The notes below the pieces were generated by a model. It searched no databases. It was not told the origin of the DNA and was given only the letters and a program-made list of their open reading frames with translations. The translations under genes and the position numbers were made by a program. From Entomortierella parvispora E1425 (taxonomy: Eukaryota; Fungi; Mortierellomycota), in contig BQFW01000015.1 in assembly GCA_020891255.1 (NCBI GenBank), positions 496,001 to 560,000 of the forward strand: a stretch of DNA of 64,000 nt, read 5' to 3'. Shown here piece after piece: positions 51,267 through 62,600 of this stretch (positions are counted from its first letter, which is position 1; each line of letters opens with the position of its first letter).

Positions 51267-52402
51267 GGCGAGCAGTTGTGGAGAGAAGTGGGAGAGAGGA
51301 CAGAGAGAAGAGGAAGACGAATGTCAACGGGCGGGAAGGAGAGGGGGGAGGGAAGGGGAGGAGAAACAGGAGACAAGGAAGGGGGAAGGAAGGAGGACAA
51401 GGACGACAAAGAGGATGTGGGGAAACGAGAAGGGGAAAACAGAGGGAAGGAAAGAGACTTTTGCGGTGTTCGGCAGTGTCAAGAACAACCCCGCCACAGT
51501 GCAGTACAGTAGACATCAAATCAATGCTCACTTTCTCCTCACACGATCAGACTGGCTGGACTGGCTGGCTGGCAGGGAATTTTTTTTTTTTTTTTCCTTC
51601 TGTGCTGCTGTTTCTGCCTGCCTGCTTTGTTTGCTTGCTCAGCAACCCCCCCGCCCGTCATCGCACCCTGTCCCATCTCCCTCCCTTGTCCCAATTGCTC
51701 TCTCGGCTCTCGCTCGCTCCTTCCCTTGCTGTTCTGTCCTGCTGGAGAAAAGGTCTCCAAGCTCAGGACATGGCTCCTGCGATGTGTGCCCTCTGGGAGC
51801 AAATCTTTTTCCTTCCTTCCTCCGCATTCCTCTCCAGCCACCAATTTTGCCACGCCCCCGCGCGATACGCCCACAGCGGCCAAGAGCGCGTCTCGCTAGT
51901 GGCACCGCCTGCACTCAAAGCAAAAGTATTGGTCCATCTCTCTTCTTGGGTCGACCGAGCACACGGTTGCTCTACCCTCCCCCTCAAATACACATAGACT
52001 CTGCACATCGTCATTGTCCCGCAAAAAAAAAGTCAAAAATGTCTCCTTGACACCTAGTTTCTCTCCTCGGGAAGAAAGTGGAGCTGTGAGATGATGATGG
52101 CACGGTTATTGTTTGTTCCTTGGCTATGTTGCTTGCATGACACTGCGCAGGAGGACAAGGCCACCTAGCCCTCCATCATGCAAGGATACGAAGAAAAAGA
52201 AAGAAAATGCTTTTCGACTGTTTGTTGCAAAGTGCCGAGCGTTCGTCCTCCAGGACTCAGAATATATCTATCCAGCATAATAAAATTCAGAATAAAAATA
52301 AAATTTGTCGCGCAATCTTCCCGCGCGCTACCATTCTCATCAATGACAACCTTTCTGGATCCATCCTCCATCTGACTTCGGTGCCGAGCCTTTCCATTCA
52401 TC

Positions 52403-53035
52403 ATGTTCGATCAAACTTCACAGCCAGCGCAGGGACAGGATCTCCAGTCTCTCCCACACTTTGTACCAAACTCGCAACCTCCTTCTGCCCCTCGCAAGCT
52501 CCCGCCCTCCATTGCCGCTCATTCCACGCCGAAAGAGGTTAACAACAGCAAACAGGAGTCGTTTAAGCCTACTATGCCAAGAGCGAACTCAGCGACCATG
52601 GTGGTGGCGTCTCTACCAAACAATGGAGTGCCCGCTGTCCGGAAAGAGCCTTTAGGACCTTCACAAGTCGCGCCCAAGAAAAAACCGGCCTCGGCAGCAG
52701 CAGCAGCAGCAGCAGCAGGATCCAGCAAGAGCGATCTTGTCCTGTCCCTCTCGTTTGTGGGGATGAAGTATCGCGGCCGACATGTCTTTTCTAGCTCTGA
52801 CATTATTGTTTTGCAAAACGACGACAAGAACCCGTACGACAAGAACGCCATCAAAGTCATGCTCAAAAAGAACGGAGCCAAGTGGAAACACGTCGCGTAT
52901 GTTGCAGGCGATGACGCCAAAAAACTGAGAGAATGTGCTTCAGAGGTTCGCCCTGAACGAGCCTGTCTAAAGTTTGTCTCCAACAGCTACACCAAAGATA
53001 CCGCGTACTATCGCATGACGATTCCCAGAAAGTGA
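52403..53035 (+). CDS. Stand-alone HIRAN-domain protein, intronless
   Basis: C-terminal LSFVGMKYRG...IVLQNDDKNPYDKNAIKVM...HVAYVA matches the HIRAN consensus (VG..Y...L..E..NPYD.NAI.V....VGYVP). Low-complexity N-terminus with poly-Ala. Confidence 0.8.
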   Translation: MFDQTSQPAQGQDLQSLPHFVPNSQPPSAPRKLPPSIAAHSTPKEVNNSKQESFKPTMPRANSATMVVASLPNNGVPAVRKEPLGPSQVAPKKKPASAAAAAAAAGSSKSDLVLSLSFVGMKYRGRHVFSSSDIIVLQNDDKNPYDKNAIKVMLKKNGAKWKHVAYVAGDDAKKLRECASEVRPERACLKFVSNSYTKDTAYYRMTIPRK

Positions 53036-53235
53036 ATAAATATTTATTGAAAAAAAAGTGAGGATGGCAGACAGCGTCGATACCACAAGCACTTCCAGTT
53101 CAAGTGCAATGTGGAGGATGGAACGTGAGATTGTGAGCACGACTTCAGGACTTTCGACATAGACCATAGAGAAACTTCAGGTTCTCCTCTCTTCTTTCTT
53201 TTCACAAAAACAATTCCAATTTCTTGTTACCAGCC

Positions 53236-54408
53236 ATGGGTCTTCAATCACAAACACAGACACAGTTACATTCCCAATCGCAATTTCAGTCGCAAACCCT
53301 GTCCACCCCACCAGTCGCAGTTCCTCCGAGGTTCTACCAGTTTGCTAACGGCAAGTACTTCGAATCCTTGCACACAGTGGGCCGTAGAGCGTACATACGA
53401 GGAATTCAACATGCAGTACATGGTCACTGTCGGGATCAATCATGGAGCAAGAATGAATCCCCATGGTCTCTACCCGCGGATCAGTTGCCCAAAGCGACCT
53501 TCATTGTGATTATTCGTGTCCAATTGGATAGCTCTGGGGTATATGAATTCGGGTCGACTGATGAACAGTCTTTATCCTTGGAGAAGGAGTACTCCATGAC
53601 ACAGAACGGAGCCGACAACTGGGTTGCCTTAAAAGTCCTCCTTCAGAAATCTGACGGAACAAAAACTCGCGTCGCATATGTTGCGGATGAGGACACGCGA
53701 GTGCTGAAAGCCCTTCCAGACCTCGAAGACATTAGGTTGAAATACCTTCATGTGCAAAACTATCTGGGCCTGCTCTTTCCCATAACCGAGTATGGTGTTC
53801 GCTCTCACTTTCCAACTGATCCCTTGTCGCAACCCCTTTTACCCACTCCGTTGCAACCCCAGTTCAGTGTACCGACCGTGCCCCTTTCCCTCTATCCATT
53901 TTACAATTTCAAATATCTCAATACCTTGCATCCAATTGGGCGGCAGCCGTACATCCAAGGTCTATCCCATATAGTGTCCGTCCTCCACAAACAATCGCAG
54001 TGGCCTCTACCCGCGTCGTGTCTCCCCACGGCTACCCTGAATGTCATAATTCGGGTTCGAGGAATGCGCCATTGTGGCCATCATAGATTTCGGTCGACTG
54101 ACGAGGTGGTCCTAAGGAAGCAATATAACAGGTTCAAGGATGGGGTCCCTAAAGAATGGCCCACCCTAAATGTCCTTGTCAAGGACCGCGATGGAAATCA
54201 AAAAAGGGTCGCGAATGTCGCTCAAGAGGATAACTTCATGGTGAGGGATCTTCCTGATCTGGAAAAGGCTAAGCTAATATTTATGAATGTTCAAAGTTGG
54301 TACCAAGCACACTTTGCTCTTGTATATCCAACATCCCAGTATGACCTAGGTTCACGAGTGCCGATGATGGAAGTTATTGATTTTTCGAGCAGTCAAGTCG
54401 AAGCGTAG
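53236..54408 (+). CDS. Protein with two internally duplicated, divergent HIRAN-like domains, intronless
   Basis: Two ~150-aa units. The second (IRVRGMRHCGHHRFRSTDEVVLRK...LNVLVK...RVANVAQED) aligns with the HIRAN of the upstream gene; the first is more divergent. NPYD is absent in both. Confidence 0.6.
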   Translation: MGLQSQTQTQLHSQSQFQSQTLSTPPVAVPPRFYQFANGKYFESLHTVGRRAYIRGIQHAVHGHCRDQSWSKNESPWSLPADQLPKATFIVIIRVQLDSSGVYEFGSTDEQSLSLEKEYSMTQNGADNWVALKVLLQKSDGTKTRVAYVADEDTRVLKALPDLEDIRLKYLHVQNYLGLLFPITEYGVRSHFPTDPLSQPLLPTPLQPQFSVPTVPLSLYPFYNFKYLNTLHPIGRQPYIQGLSHIVSVLHKQSQWPLPASCLPTATLNVIIRVRGMRHCGHHRFRSTDEVVLRKQYNRFKDGVPKEWPTLNVLVKDRDGNQKRVANVAQEDNFMVRDLPDLEKAKLIFMNVQSWYQAHFALVYPTSQYDLGSRVPMMEVIDFSSSQVEA

Positions 54409-54699
54409 TTTTTGCTTTATATGGTAGAGTAGTCGTTCGAAGTGAAAGAAATAAACGATCTTCCTTATCCACTCCAACATCAATGGGACCAGACTTGTTG
54501 CTCCCAGAAGTACCTTTGCCACCGGTGGGGTTATTAATATGTTTATAGCTTCTTTCGTAACTGGCAATGCTTTCACAACGTGGGGCGGCGTATTAATATA
54601 CGCTTGAACACAGCAATTGCTGTTGAAAGTTGACCAACAGCTGAACGTTTCCAACACATTCTTTGCTTCGCCATTATTTTTGCTCATAAGAGTGCATGT

Positions 54700-55934
54700 G
54701 GGTGTGGACTGTACGAATCTGGCGTAGCAAGTCAATGGATCTTTCGCAGTGTATCGCCGACAAGCATAGTTTACTTGTGGTTCGAATCTAGGCAACAAGA
54801 CCGCAAATCTGGCTCGGTGCACTACTTACAAAGAAACCCGCAACGCAAATCTGGCTAGCAAAACTTCGGATCTGATGCAATGCGAGTACGGATCTCACAC
54901 AGTGCTTCACTGACAAGGGCATTTACGGCAAGAACCTTGTTAAAAAGACCTCAGATCTAACACAGTGCACCTCGAATCTGGCCAACGGTGGTTGGGATCT
55001 GACATAATGCAACAATAATCTGAGCGGCAAGAACTCAGACCTCACGAAGTGCATCGCTGACAAAGGCACACGCAACACAAGCCTGGCGAACAAGACAAAA
55101 GATCTCGCCCAGTACACTACGGATAAAAACAACTGCAATACGCATCTGGCCAGCAGAGCATTGGATGTCGCTCAGTGCAATGTGGACAAAGGCACCTGCA
55201 CCACGAATCTGGCTGGCAAGACGTCGGATCTCGATCAGTGCACCAGAGATAAAGGCACCTGCAGTTCTACCCTTGACCAGTGTATCAGCCACAAAGGTAC
55301 CTGCAGTACCAACCTGGCCGGAAGAATCTCGGATCTTGCCTTTTGCAACACGGACAAGGATGCATATAACTCGTACCTGACCGAGACAAACTCAAATCTC
55401 GTTCAGTGCAATATGTATAAGAATACCTGCAGCTCTGATCTGACCCGATGCCAGACAGATAAAAGCAACTGCGCCTCAAGCTTGGCCAACAATACTTCGG
55501 ATCTTGCCTACTGCAATACGGACAAGGGCGCCTGCAACGCAAACCTGGACGATAAAATATCGGATTTTGCGCAATGCAACACAGACAAAAGTACCTGTAC
55601 GTCCAGTCTCAGCCAATGTACAGCGGGTGCCTGTACCTCCAGTTTATCTACCAAGACATTAGACCTCTCCCGGTGTAACTCGGACAAGACTACCTGCAAT
55701 ACGAACCTATCAGCCAAGACCACAGATCTCACTCAGTGTATTACCGACAGGGGTATTTGTACTTCCAGTCCTTCCAAATGCAACACAGACAATGGGACGT
55801 GTAGCGCTAGTTTGGCTGGCAAGATCTCGGATCTCACCAATTGTGATATGTCTTTGCAAAGCAAAATCTCAGACCTTATTCAATGCATCACCAATCTCCC
55901 TCTATGGAAACCACTGACTTACCCCATCAATTGA
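54700..55934 (+). pseudogene. Cys-heptad (21-aa/14-aa) repeat coiled-coil protein relic
   Basis: Repeat DLxQCxTDKxTCxxNLAxKTS. The frame is open from 55008 to 55934 without an initiating ATG. Upstream repeats at ~54700-55007 carry stops and frameshifts. Confidence 0.65.
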
Positions 55935-56091
55935 CGACCAAAGGGTTCCTAGAATCAAAAGTTAGGTCCTACATAACTGCATCGGAGGAGTATCGAGACC
56001 CTTTGTTCATTTAGCAGTCACATAAATCGCGCCCCTTAACGCTTCTTCTGAGCTGAGTTAAATACGCATGATTTTTCATCTAAATATCGAC

Positions 56092-56164
56092 GGGGATCTA
56101 GCTCAAATGGTAGAGCGCTCGCTTAGCATGCGAGAGGCACTGGGATCGATGCCCAGGTTCTCCA
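56092..56164 (+). tRNA. tRNA-Ala (anticodon AGC)
   Basis: 73-nt cloverleaf. Acceptor GGGGATC/GTTCTCC with the G3:U70 Ala identity pair, anticodon arm CTCGC-TTAGCAT-GCGAG, T-run terminator at 56194-56199. Confidence 0.95.
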
Positions 56165-57230
56165 ATAATCTTCTCAAGATCGTCTTGGGTTGATTTTTTG
56201 TTTGGCCTTCCAACGACTACGTCTTTGGTGAGTCTCCTGCCGACGAGGGGGAAACATTCCTTTTTGGACCTCTTTTCTACCGACTCATCGTCACCGTCTT
56301 CATGCCAGTCCTTCGTTCTTTACATATAGTAGTCACCCTGTATAAGAGTTATCAGTACGGAATTGTTTTTTCCCCCCAAAGTCCAAGTAACCAACTGTAG
56401 CACCATAAGATACTGCTAAGCACTTATCTTCAGAGTTGAATCGAATACTTTTTCTTTGGTCCATCACCACCGCCATCCTGCATGCACAGAGCTTCATTTT
56501 TGCACTAGGTGTGCATATCGCAGACATCACAAAGTGGGAATGTGATGCAGAAGGAGAAAGAAGAACAAGATTGATCCACTCTAACGAGTTTTCTCTTGTT
56601 GCTGGAGTATTCAGAAGAAGGGTATTACATAGACTTGGCATGGAATGGATATGTAGGAGGTTGAAAGTGGGTATAGTGGGCTCGTTATCCATTTTCACCA
56701 GCTTTGATTAAATTACGCTGCATGTGTAATGGACGCGTTTCGACGCGTCAGAGATGTGTGCACAGCTGCGGCTTTGTCTGACATTGACACTTTTTGCTTG
56801 GCAAGCCCTGATTTTCAGTCTATGTGGACGGATGATGGAGAAACGTATATTCTACGCTCGTTGGACGACTGGCAGCAAGTCGGGGATTTATTCATGACGG
56901 TAAGAACAGTGGCAATTTGGCGCACAGTCCTCTATCAAATCAGGCTGTAAACGCGCGCACCTCCACAGTCTTTAATATCACTAGCCCGCCCTCTTTAGAG
57001 GCGCCGTTAGTTTCTTGTCTCAGGAGTCGGCAGTAAAGAACTTGTCCTCATTGCATCACCGTGTCTGTATATCGTAAGCGGCTCCCGCGCCCTCTCATTA
57101 AAGCAGATCTCTTCTTCCTCTCATCATTACTTCTCCCTATACTCGTTAATGTTACTGGGGACCCCCTACCCAGCATAATATGGTGCACAAGGAGTGAGTG
57201 AGCAGATCTTTTAATTTGGGAGCACTAGGA

Positions 57231-59234
57231 TCAGCAATAAAATTCTCCTTGAACTGTCAAGTCTGGGGTGTCAAGTTGTACAGGGTCCAAAAGCTGGCAC
57301 CATCGTAGTCGACACTGCCACGCAGATCTGCCGGATTGCAGAGCCTTAGAAACTGAATACCAGTCATCGCGTCCAACAAATTTAACCATTCTTAATAGAG
57401 TGTTGTCATCATAGCTTGTCCAGACTGGAGCTTTTGATGAACTTGACAATGCACCTGCTTTAAATGAGACCTGATTTTGGAAGGAGCTCTCCCACACACG
57501 TTTGCAGGGCGATTTTGTCCAACCGGCACCAAGGCGCTTTGCGACTTCTGCCCAATCCGCAGACCCCAAGGAAGATGGGGTCGACAAAGACTTGTCATTC
57601 TCGCGAGCTGAGATGTTGTCATTATCCTTCAACTGTTCCATTCCTATCTGACGAACCCCTCTGTTGCGTATTTCCTGGACAACATCGAGCAATTGATAAT
57701 AATCTTCCTCGCTGATCGCTGTAGCTTTATCCGATATCTTGAGCCAGTGACGCATAATATCATCTTTGGTCATTTTTGGCAAAAAGTGGTCCCGAATGGC
57801 AGTCAGTTTCTTTGGTCCAAGCAAGCGAATGCCTTCCTCCAAGCGCCTAACATCTTCATGGTGCCAAACGACTGATGACGACGAAGGACGTTCGTGGAGG
57901 AACTTCCAATGATTCTTGCACATCCGAGAGGTCACTTCAGGATGAATCTTGCGAGCTACCCACAGCCAATTGATCTCATCGATATGAACAGCCTTTTGCT
58001 TGTAAGCCTGTCGGATCAATGTTTGTAAGCGAACCGAGAGTTCCTTGTCCCAAATAAAAGCCTCTGGTTTGGTGACGGTGCGTGAATCCAAAAATTCTAG
58101 TGAAGTTTCCACTGTCGCCATTGAGGTTGTCGAACCAGCAGAGCCAGCGACTGGCATATCCAAATTTTTCCAGCTTGTACGACACTCTGCAGCAGAAAAT
58201 CGACTTTTCAAATGATTCTTGGCCAAGACATCCCATGAGTTCAGACCATTAGCTAATACAAATTGTATCAGAATTGTCTCTTCCTTTGCCGACCAGCCGG
58301 GGTTCATTAGATAGAGCTGCGAGAACGCATCCAGGCGATTCTGCTTCTTCCAAGATCTGTAGTGGGTATATCGCTTTTCGTCCTTCATCAATGAATTCCA
58401 GCTGGACCTATCCAGATTCTTGTCTATCTGTTCGACACTCTTGAGATTAATACTCGGCCCCCGATCCTGATCCTGTTCCAACGGAAGGGGCTGTCGTCGG
58501 ACTTGGGCCAACTGTAGCTGCAATTGCTGCAATTGCCCCTCTTGTGTTTTATCCAGCAATCTAGATTTTTCCTGCGCTCGCTGTTCGTCCGCTTTCGTCC
58601 GTCGCACTTCAGCTTTGGCGGGATCAACTGCAGCCAATTCCCGCAAACCCAAAATTCGCCATCGCTCCATGCACGCCAGTCGATGGACACCCATAGACAA
58701 AGCAATGTCAGGCCAGGCCATAGAAGACGCCACCAACTTGCTCAGCTCTGTTTCTTTTTCTGGTGTCCAGAATGTTTTCAATGCCGGGTTCAGTTGAGCT
58801 TCATATCGAGTCATACATGTCGCTGGCTCTCGTCCCAGCGCTTGCCCAATTTCCGCCCATTTTTTGTTTTCATCCAAGCGTAGTTGTAGCAGATGAGCGT
58901 CAGCTTCCGGCGTCCACTCTACTTTCAGACGTTTCCGAGGCGTAGCTTTTTTTGGTTTTCCGGCGGTAGATAAAGTTGAGGATGTAGGTCGAGATACTCC
59001 TGAAGTCTCTTCCGCCAGCGCCAGAGCCGCCTGAGTGGAATATGGTCTTGCGCTCCTAGAGCAGACATTGTTGATTCTGCTTGGGCTTGCTCGTCCGGCT
59101 TCGTGGCTCAGAGTATGATTCAATTGAGGCCGATGCAAGGTTCTGTGGAAAGGAGATCTTGCAATGAAGAGCGAGACGAATCGCTGCTGCATGAGGGCAT
59201 GCAGGACCGAGGTTGATGAGCGCGGAAGAGCCAT
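57231..59234 (-). CDS. Multi-repeat Myb/SANT protein (about 7 repeats), intronless
   Basis: Repeated W-x19-W-x18-W-type units, e.g. WTPEAD..KWAEIG..CMTRY and WTSYDD..DWYSVS..RSAWQCRLRW. Arg/Ser/Leu-rich N-terminus. Confidence 0.85.
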   Translation of the reverse strand: MALPRSSTSVLHALMQQRFVSLFIARSPFHRTLHRPQLNHTLSHEAGRASPSRINNVCSRSARPYSTQAALALAEETSGVSRPTSSTLSTAGKPKKATPRKRLKVEWTPEADAHLLQLRLDENKKWAEIGQALGREPATCMTRYEAQLNPALKTFWTPEKETELSKLVASSMAWPDIALSMGVHRLACMERWRILGLRELAAVDPAKAEVRRTKADEQRAQEKSRLLDKTQEGQLQQLQLQLAQVRRQPLPLEQDQDRGPSINLKSVEQIDKNLDRSSWNSLMKDEKRYTHYRSWKKQNRLDAFSQLYLMNPGWSAKEETILIQFVLANGLNSWDVLAKNHLKSRFSAAECRTSWKNLDMPVAGSAGSTTSMATVETSLEFLDSRTVTKPEAFIWDKELSVRLQTLIRQAYKQKAVHIDEINWLWVARKIHPEVTSRMCKNHWKFLHERPSSSSVVWHHEDVRRLEEGIRLLGPKKLTAIRDHFLPKMTKDDIMRHWLKISDKATAISEEDYYQLLDVVQEIRNRGVRQIGMEQLKDNDNISARENDKSLSTPSSLGSADWAEVAKRLGAGWTKSPCKRVWESSFQNQVSFKAGALSSSSKAPVWTSYDDNTLLRMVKFVGRDDWYSVSKALQSGRSAWQCRLRWCQLLDPVQLDTPDLTVQGEFYC

Positions 59235-59628
59235 GCGCTATTCACGAGTCGTTTGCTGCAGGGAGGAGTGCGAAGGAGTGAGAGAAAGAGAAAGAGAGAG
59301 AGCAAAGAGAATCCGATGGGCGTTTGATCGGCAGCAGATCAGCGGAAAAAACGTGACAACGTCTTCGTCACGTGGCTCTCGTGGCCTTGCTCGTCGCTTC
59401 CTCACTCACTCGCAGCATGCTTTCGCCCAATGTGCTCAGCTCGTTTCTTCTGTTCATCACTCGACCATCCTTCCTTTTCCTCCCCCCTTCTCGAGCTCAT
59501 CGCCACTCGTCGACTCTCAAAAGCAGGCACACGCGCAGGCGCAGGTCATTACTTCCGGGCTAGTAGACAACAGGGACACGGCCAGCTCCGGCAATTCTCC
59601 ATCATCTCTCTCTCCTTCATTCCGCATC

Positions 59629-62600
59629 ATGAGCATCGCTGCCTATCTCCAGACCGAGCTCGTCGCGCTTTCAAACGAGGCTCGGCGTAAACACCCAGAG
59701 ATCAAAGAGGTTTGTCCAAGAATTGATATGGGTGCTTCTAGATACAGTGTCAAGGGTGCCCTGGCGACTTGTTCCTGACGCGTTCTGCTACTCTTGTATT
59801 TTGTTTATAGGCTGCCGAGCGAGTCATTGCGTTGCTGCGTCATCCAGGACAAGGGCAGGGCGTAAATCTAGCTAGCAGTATGATTTGGATCATGATTTGG
59901 GATTACCTGTTGAGAAGGCATCCATTTTCTAGGAGCAAGGTATTGACGATGTTCGCCGTATCTCCATGTACCTCTAGTTCTCAGTCAGAACCAGGATGTT
60001 CTCAAGCCTTTCCTCCTCGCATGCGACACAAAGAATGTCAAACTCGTGACTATATCCATGGGGTGCCTCCGAGAACTTATTTCCCACCGCGCAATGCCAG
60101 AGGTAGGCGATAGTGTAAACCTGTGTTGTAATATGGTTCTAGATATTCTAAATGTATACCCTCTTGTTATTATAGGGAGCAATCGAGGTGGTATTGAAGA
60201 CTCTCAACGACATCATGTCCCATGGAGTTGAGATCCAACTGAAGATATTGCAGACAATTTTGCCTCTGCTTACCAACTACGACGTTCACGGAGAGTCATT
60301 GGCAGAGGTGAGTTATTGGAATAAGCAAGATCATTGGCTTTGCAGGATGGTTATCGCTCGAGTAGATGCTTATACCCTCCAATTACCTCTCTATCTAGGC
60401 GCTTCTCCTTTGCTTCCGCCTGCAGGATTCCAGAGTTGTCTTTGTGAACAACACCGCGGCTGCAACGCTACGGCAGTTAGTGATCTACATTTTTGAAAAA
60501 GTTGGCGATGAGGATCAAAAGTTGCAAGTGCCAGGTTAGTTTGAGGCATTTTGGAACCATTTATAACTTCGAAAAAATCTCTGTAGTAATCTGACGCCAA
60601 CTGTACGCGACCTTTTTTTTTTAGAGAATACAGTGCAGGACACAAAGGAGGAGGAGGAAGACGATGGTTTGTCCTCAGAGATGGATCGTGGGAACCATTT
60701 AGCGCCATGTGCAAAGGACGCTTACTTGCTATTCCAGGATCTTTGTCTCCTCACCAATTCAGAGCATGCACGCTTCTTAAGGCTCAACAACATCAGCAGA
60801 ACCTTTGGTCTGGAACTTATCGAAAGTGTGCTCACGAACCACTTTCACCTATTCAAACAGGTTAGTCGGGGAAGAGGCATCCTTCTTTATCTCAATTTTT
60901 CAAAATTGACATTAGATTATTGCTGTCTACGCTCTGCTAATGCTCATATGTATAATATATATAATAGCACAAGGAATTTGCAGCCCTCCTCCGTGAGAGA
61001 GTCTGCCCCTTGATCATCAAAAACTTCTCCGATAAGCATGACTTTCCTCAGACCATGCGCCTCATGCGTGTAGTCTACATCCTGATCAAGCAATTCCACG
61101 AGATCTTGGTACGAGCGAACATCTGTACTGAACGGCCAAGTGATCTTCGTGTAGAACGAGTATGCTAACGGCCGAGAGCTTAATTTTTTTAGGCGATCGA
61201 GTGCGAGATTTTCCTTTCAATGCTCATCAAATTGCTGGAGCCGGAAGGCAATATCTTATGGCAGCGTGTCTTGGCAATGGAGATATTCAGAGGGATCTGC
61301 GGCGACAATTCTTTGATGAGACGCATCTATCGAGCTTATGACCAGCAGGGAACGAGCACAGACATCTTCGCTGATATGATTATCGCTATCGGAAGACTTT
61401 CGACCGAGAGGCCTGCGCTTATTGGGGCAGGAGGATTTGCTCAGGAGAGCACCGATATCGCTAGGCCAACACATACGAAGGAGCGGGAAGCAGGGGACAG
61501 CGGTATAGGTGGACTAAGTGTTTCAACTTCCACAATGAGAATCCAGTGGTACGTTCATTTTGTACCGATCAGTTTGGCATCGAGAGGCAGACAATTAACG
61601 ACTTTTCGTTTGTGGCTAGCGTGGATCAATTGGATAAGGCCGATCCCCCCCAAATCCCTGAAACATACCTTTACTACCTATCCCTAATCTGTATCAATTC
61701 GATTGCAGATGGATTGGCATCATATATTTTCCCTATCGTTTCACAAGCCTTGCATGATCAACATCGACTCTTGCAAGAAGAAAAGGAAGCAAACAACCCA
61801 GATCCCTCCGCTTCCCGCGTCAACACTTCGGTTTTTCCAAACACCAACACTCTGGAGTTAACCAAGACGAAGGAGGCGGAAGACATTGCACTTGTAACGA
61901 CTATGGCTGAGTCTGCATGGCCTGGATTGTTGGCGGCCTTCTCTTTCTTTTTGGGGTCAAATTTGGACGAAGAACTATTTCATAACGTGATGCGGTCGTA
62001 CCAGAACTTCACGAGCGTCTGCGGAGTTTTGCAGCTGACCATTCCTCGGGATGCCTTCCTGACTTCGCTATGCAAGAGCTGCTTGCCTGTTTTGCCGGCA
62101 CTGGATCAGAGGGCTGGATCATCTGCAGGACCCAGCTCAACATCAGAAGTCGTTGTGCCCAACATCACAGACAAAAACATGTACTGCTTACGTATTCTTC
62201 TTAATGTTGCCCAGTACCTCGGAGGAACTTTGTTCGACAGCTGGTACCTTCTCCTTGAGACAATGCAGCAGGCTGAGCATCTCTTGACGGCGAAGTTGCA
62301 CAGGGCTAGCTCTTCTAAGAAACAAAACGTCGGCAATTTCGGAACAAACGTACCAGGGTCGAAGACACTGTCGCCATCTCAGTCGAACCTTCAGCGAGCA
62401 ACAAACAACACCATCGACTATGCCGGGTTAGCTGCAGGGTCTTCCCATCACGAAGCCGACGTGCTGGCATTGCTGGCTTCATTCAAGCAGCTTTTCGATT
62501 TGTCTGTTCATTTGGATTTGCTCTCATTCCAGAGCTTTACCCGGGCGCTTTGCAAGCTCGGGGCTGCTGGCAGCGGTCTCCCTATACAGGACGGCAAAGG

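Noticed and set aside
50986-52050. 354-aa and 239-aa plus-strand ORFs
   Set aside because: They are antisense to the kinase 5' exons and its purine/pyrimidine-biased promoter, and contain no domain.
53030-53235. Splicing of the two HIRAN genes into one
   Set aside because: The candidate donor (GTGAAT) and acceptor (CCAG) phases are incompatible, and AATAAA follows the first stop.
56333-56950. Short ORFs between the tRNA and the Myb gene
   Set aside because: No motif, codon bias or exon structure could be supported.
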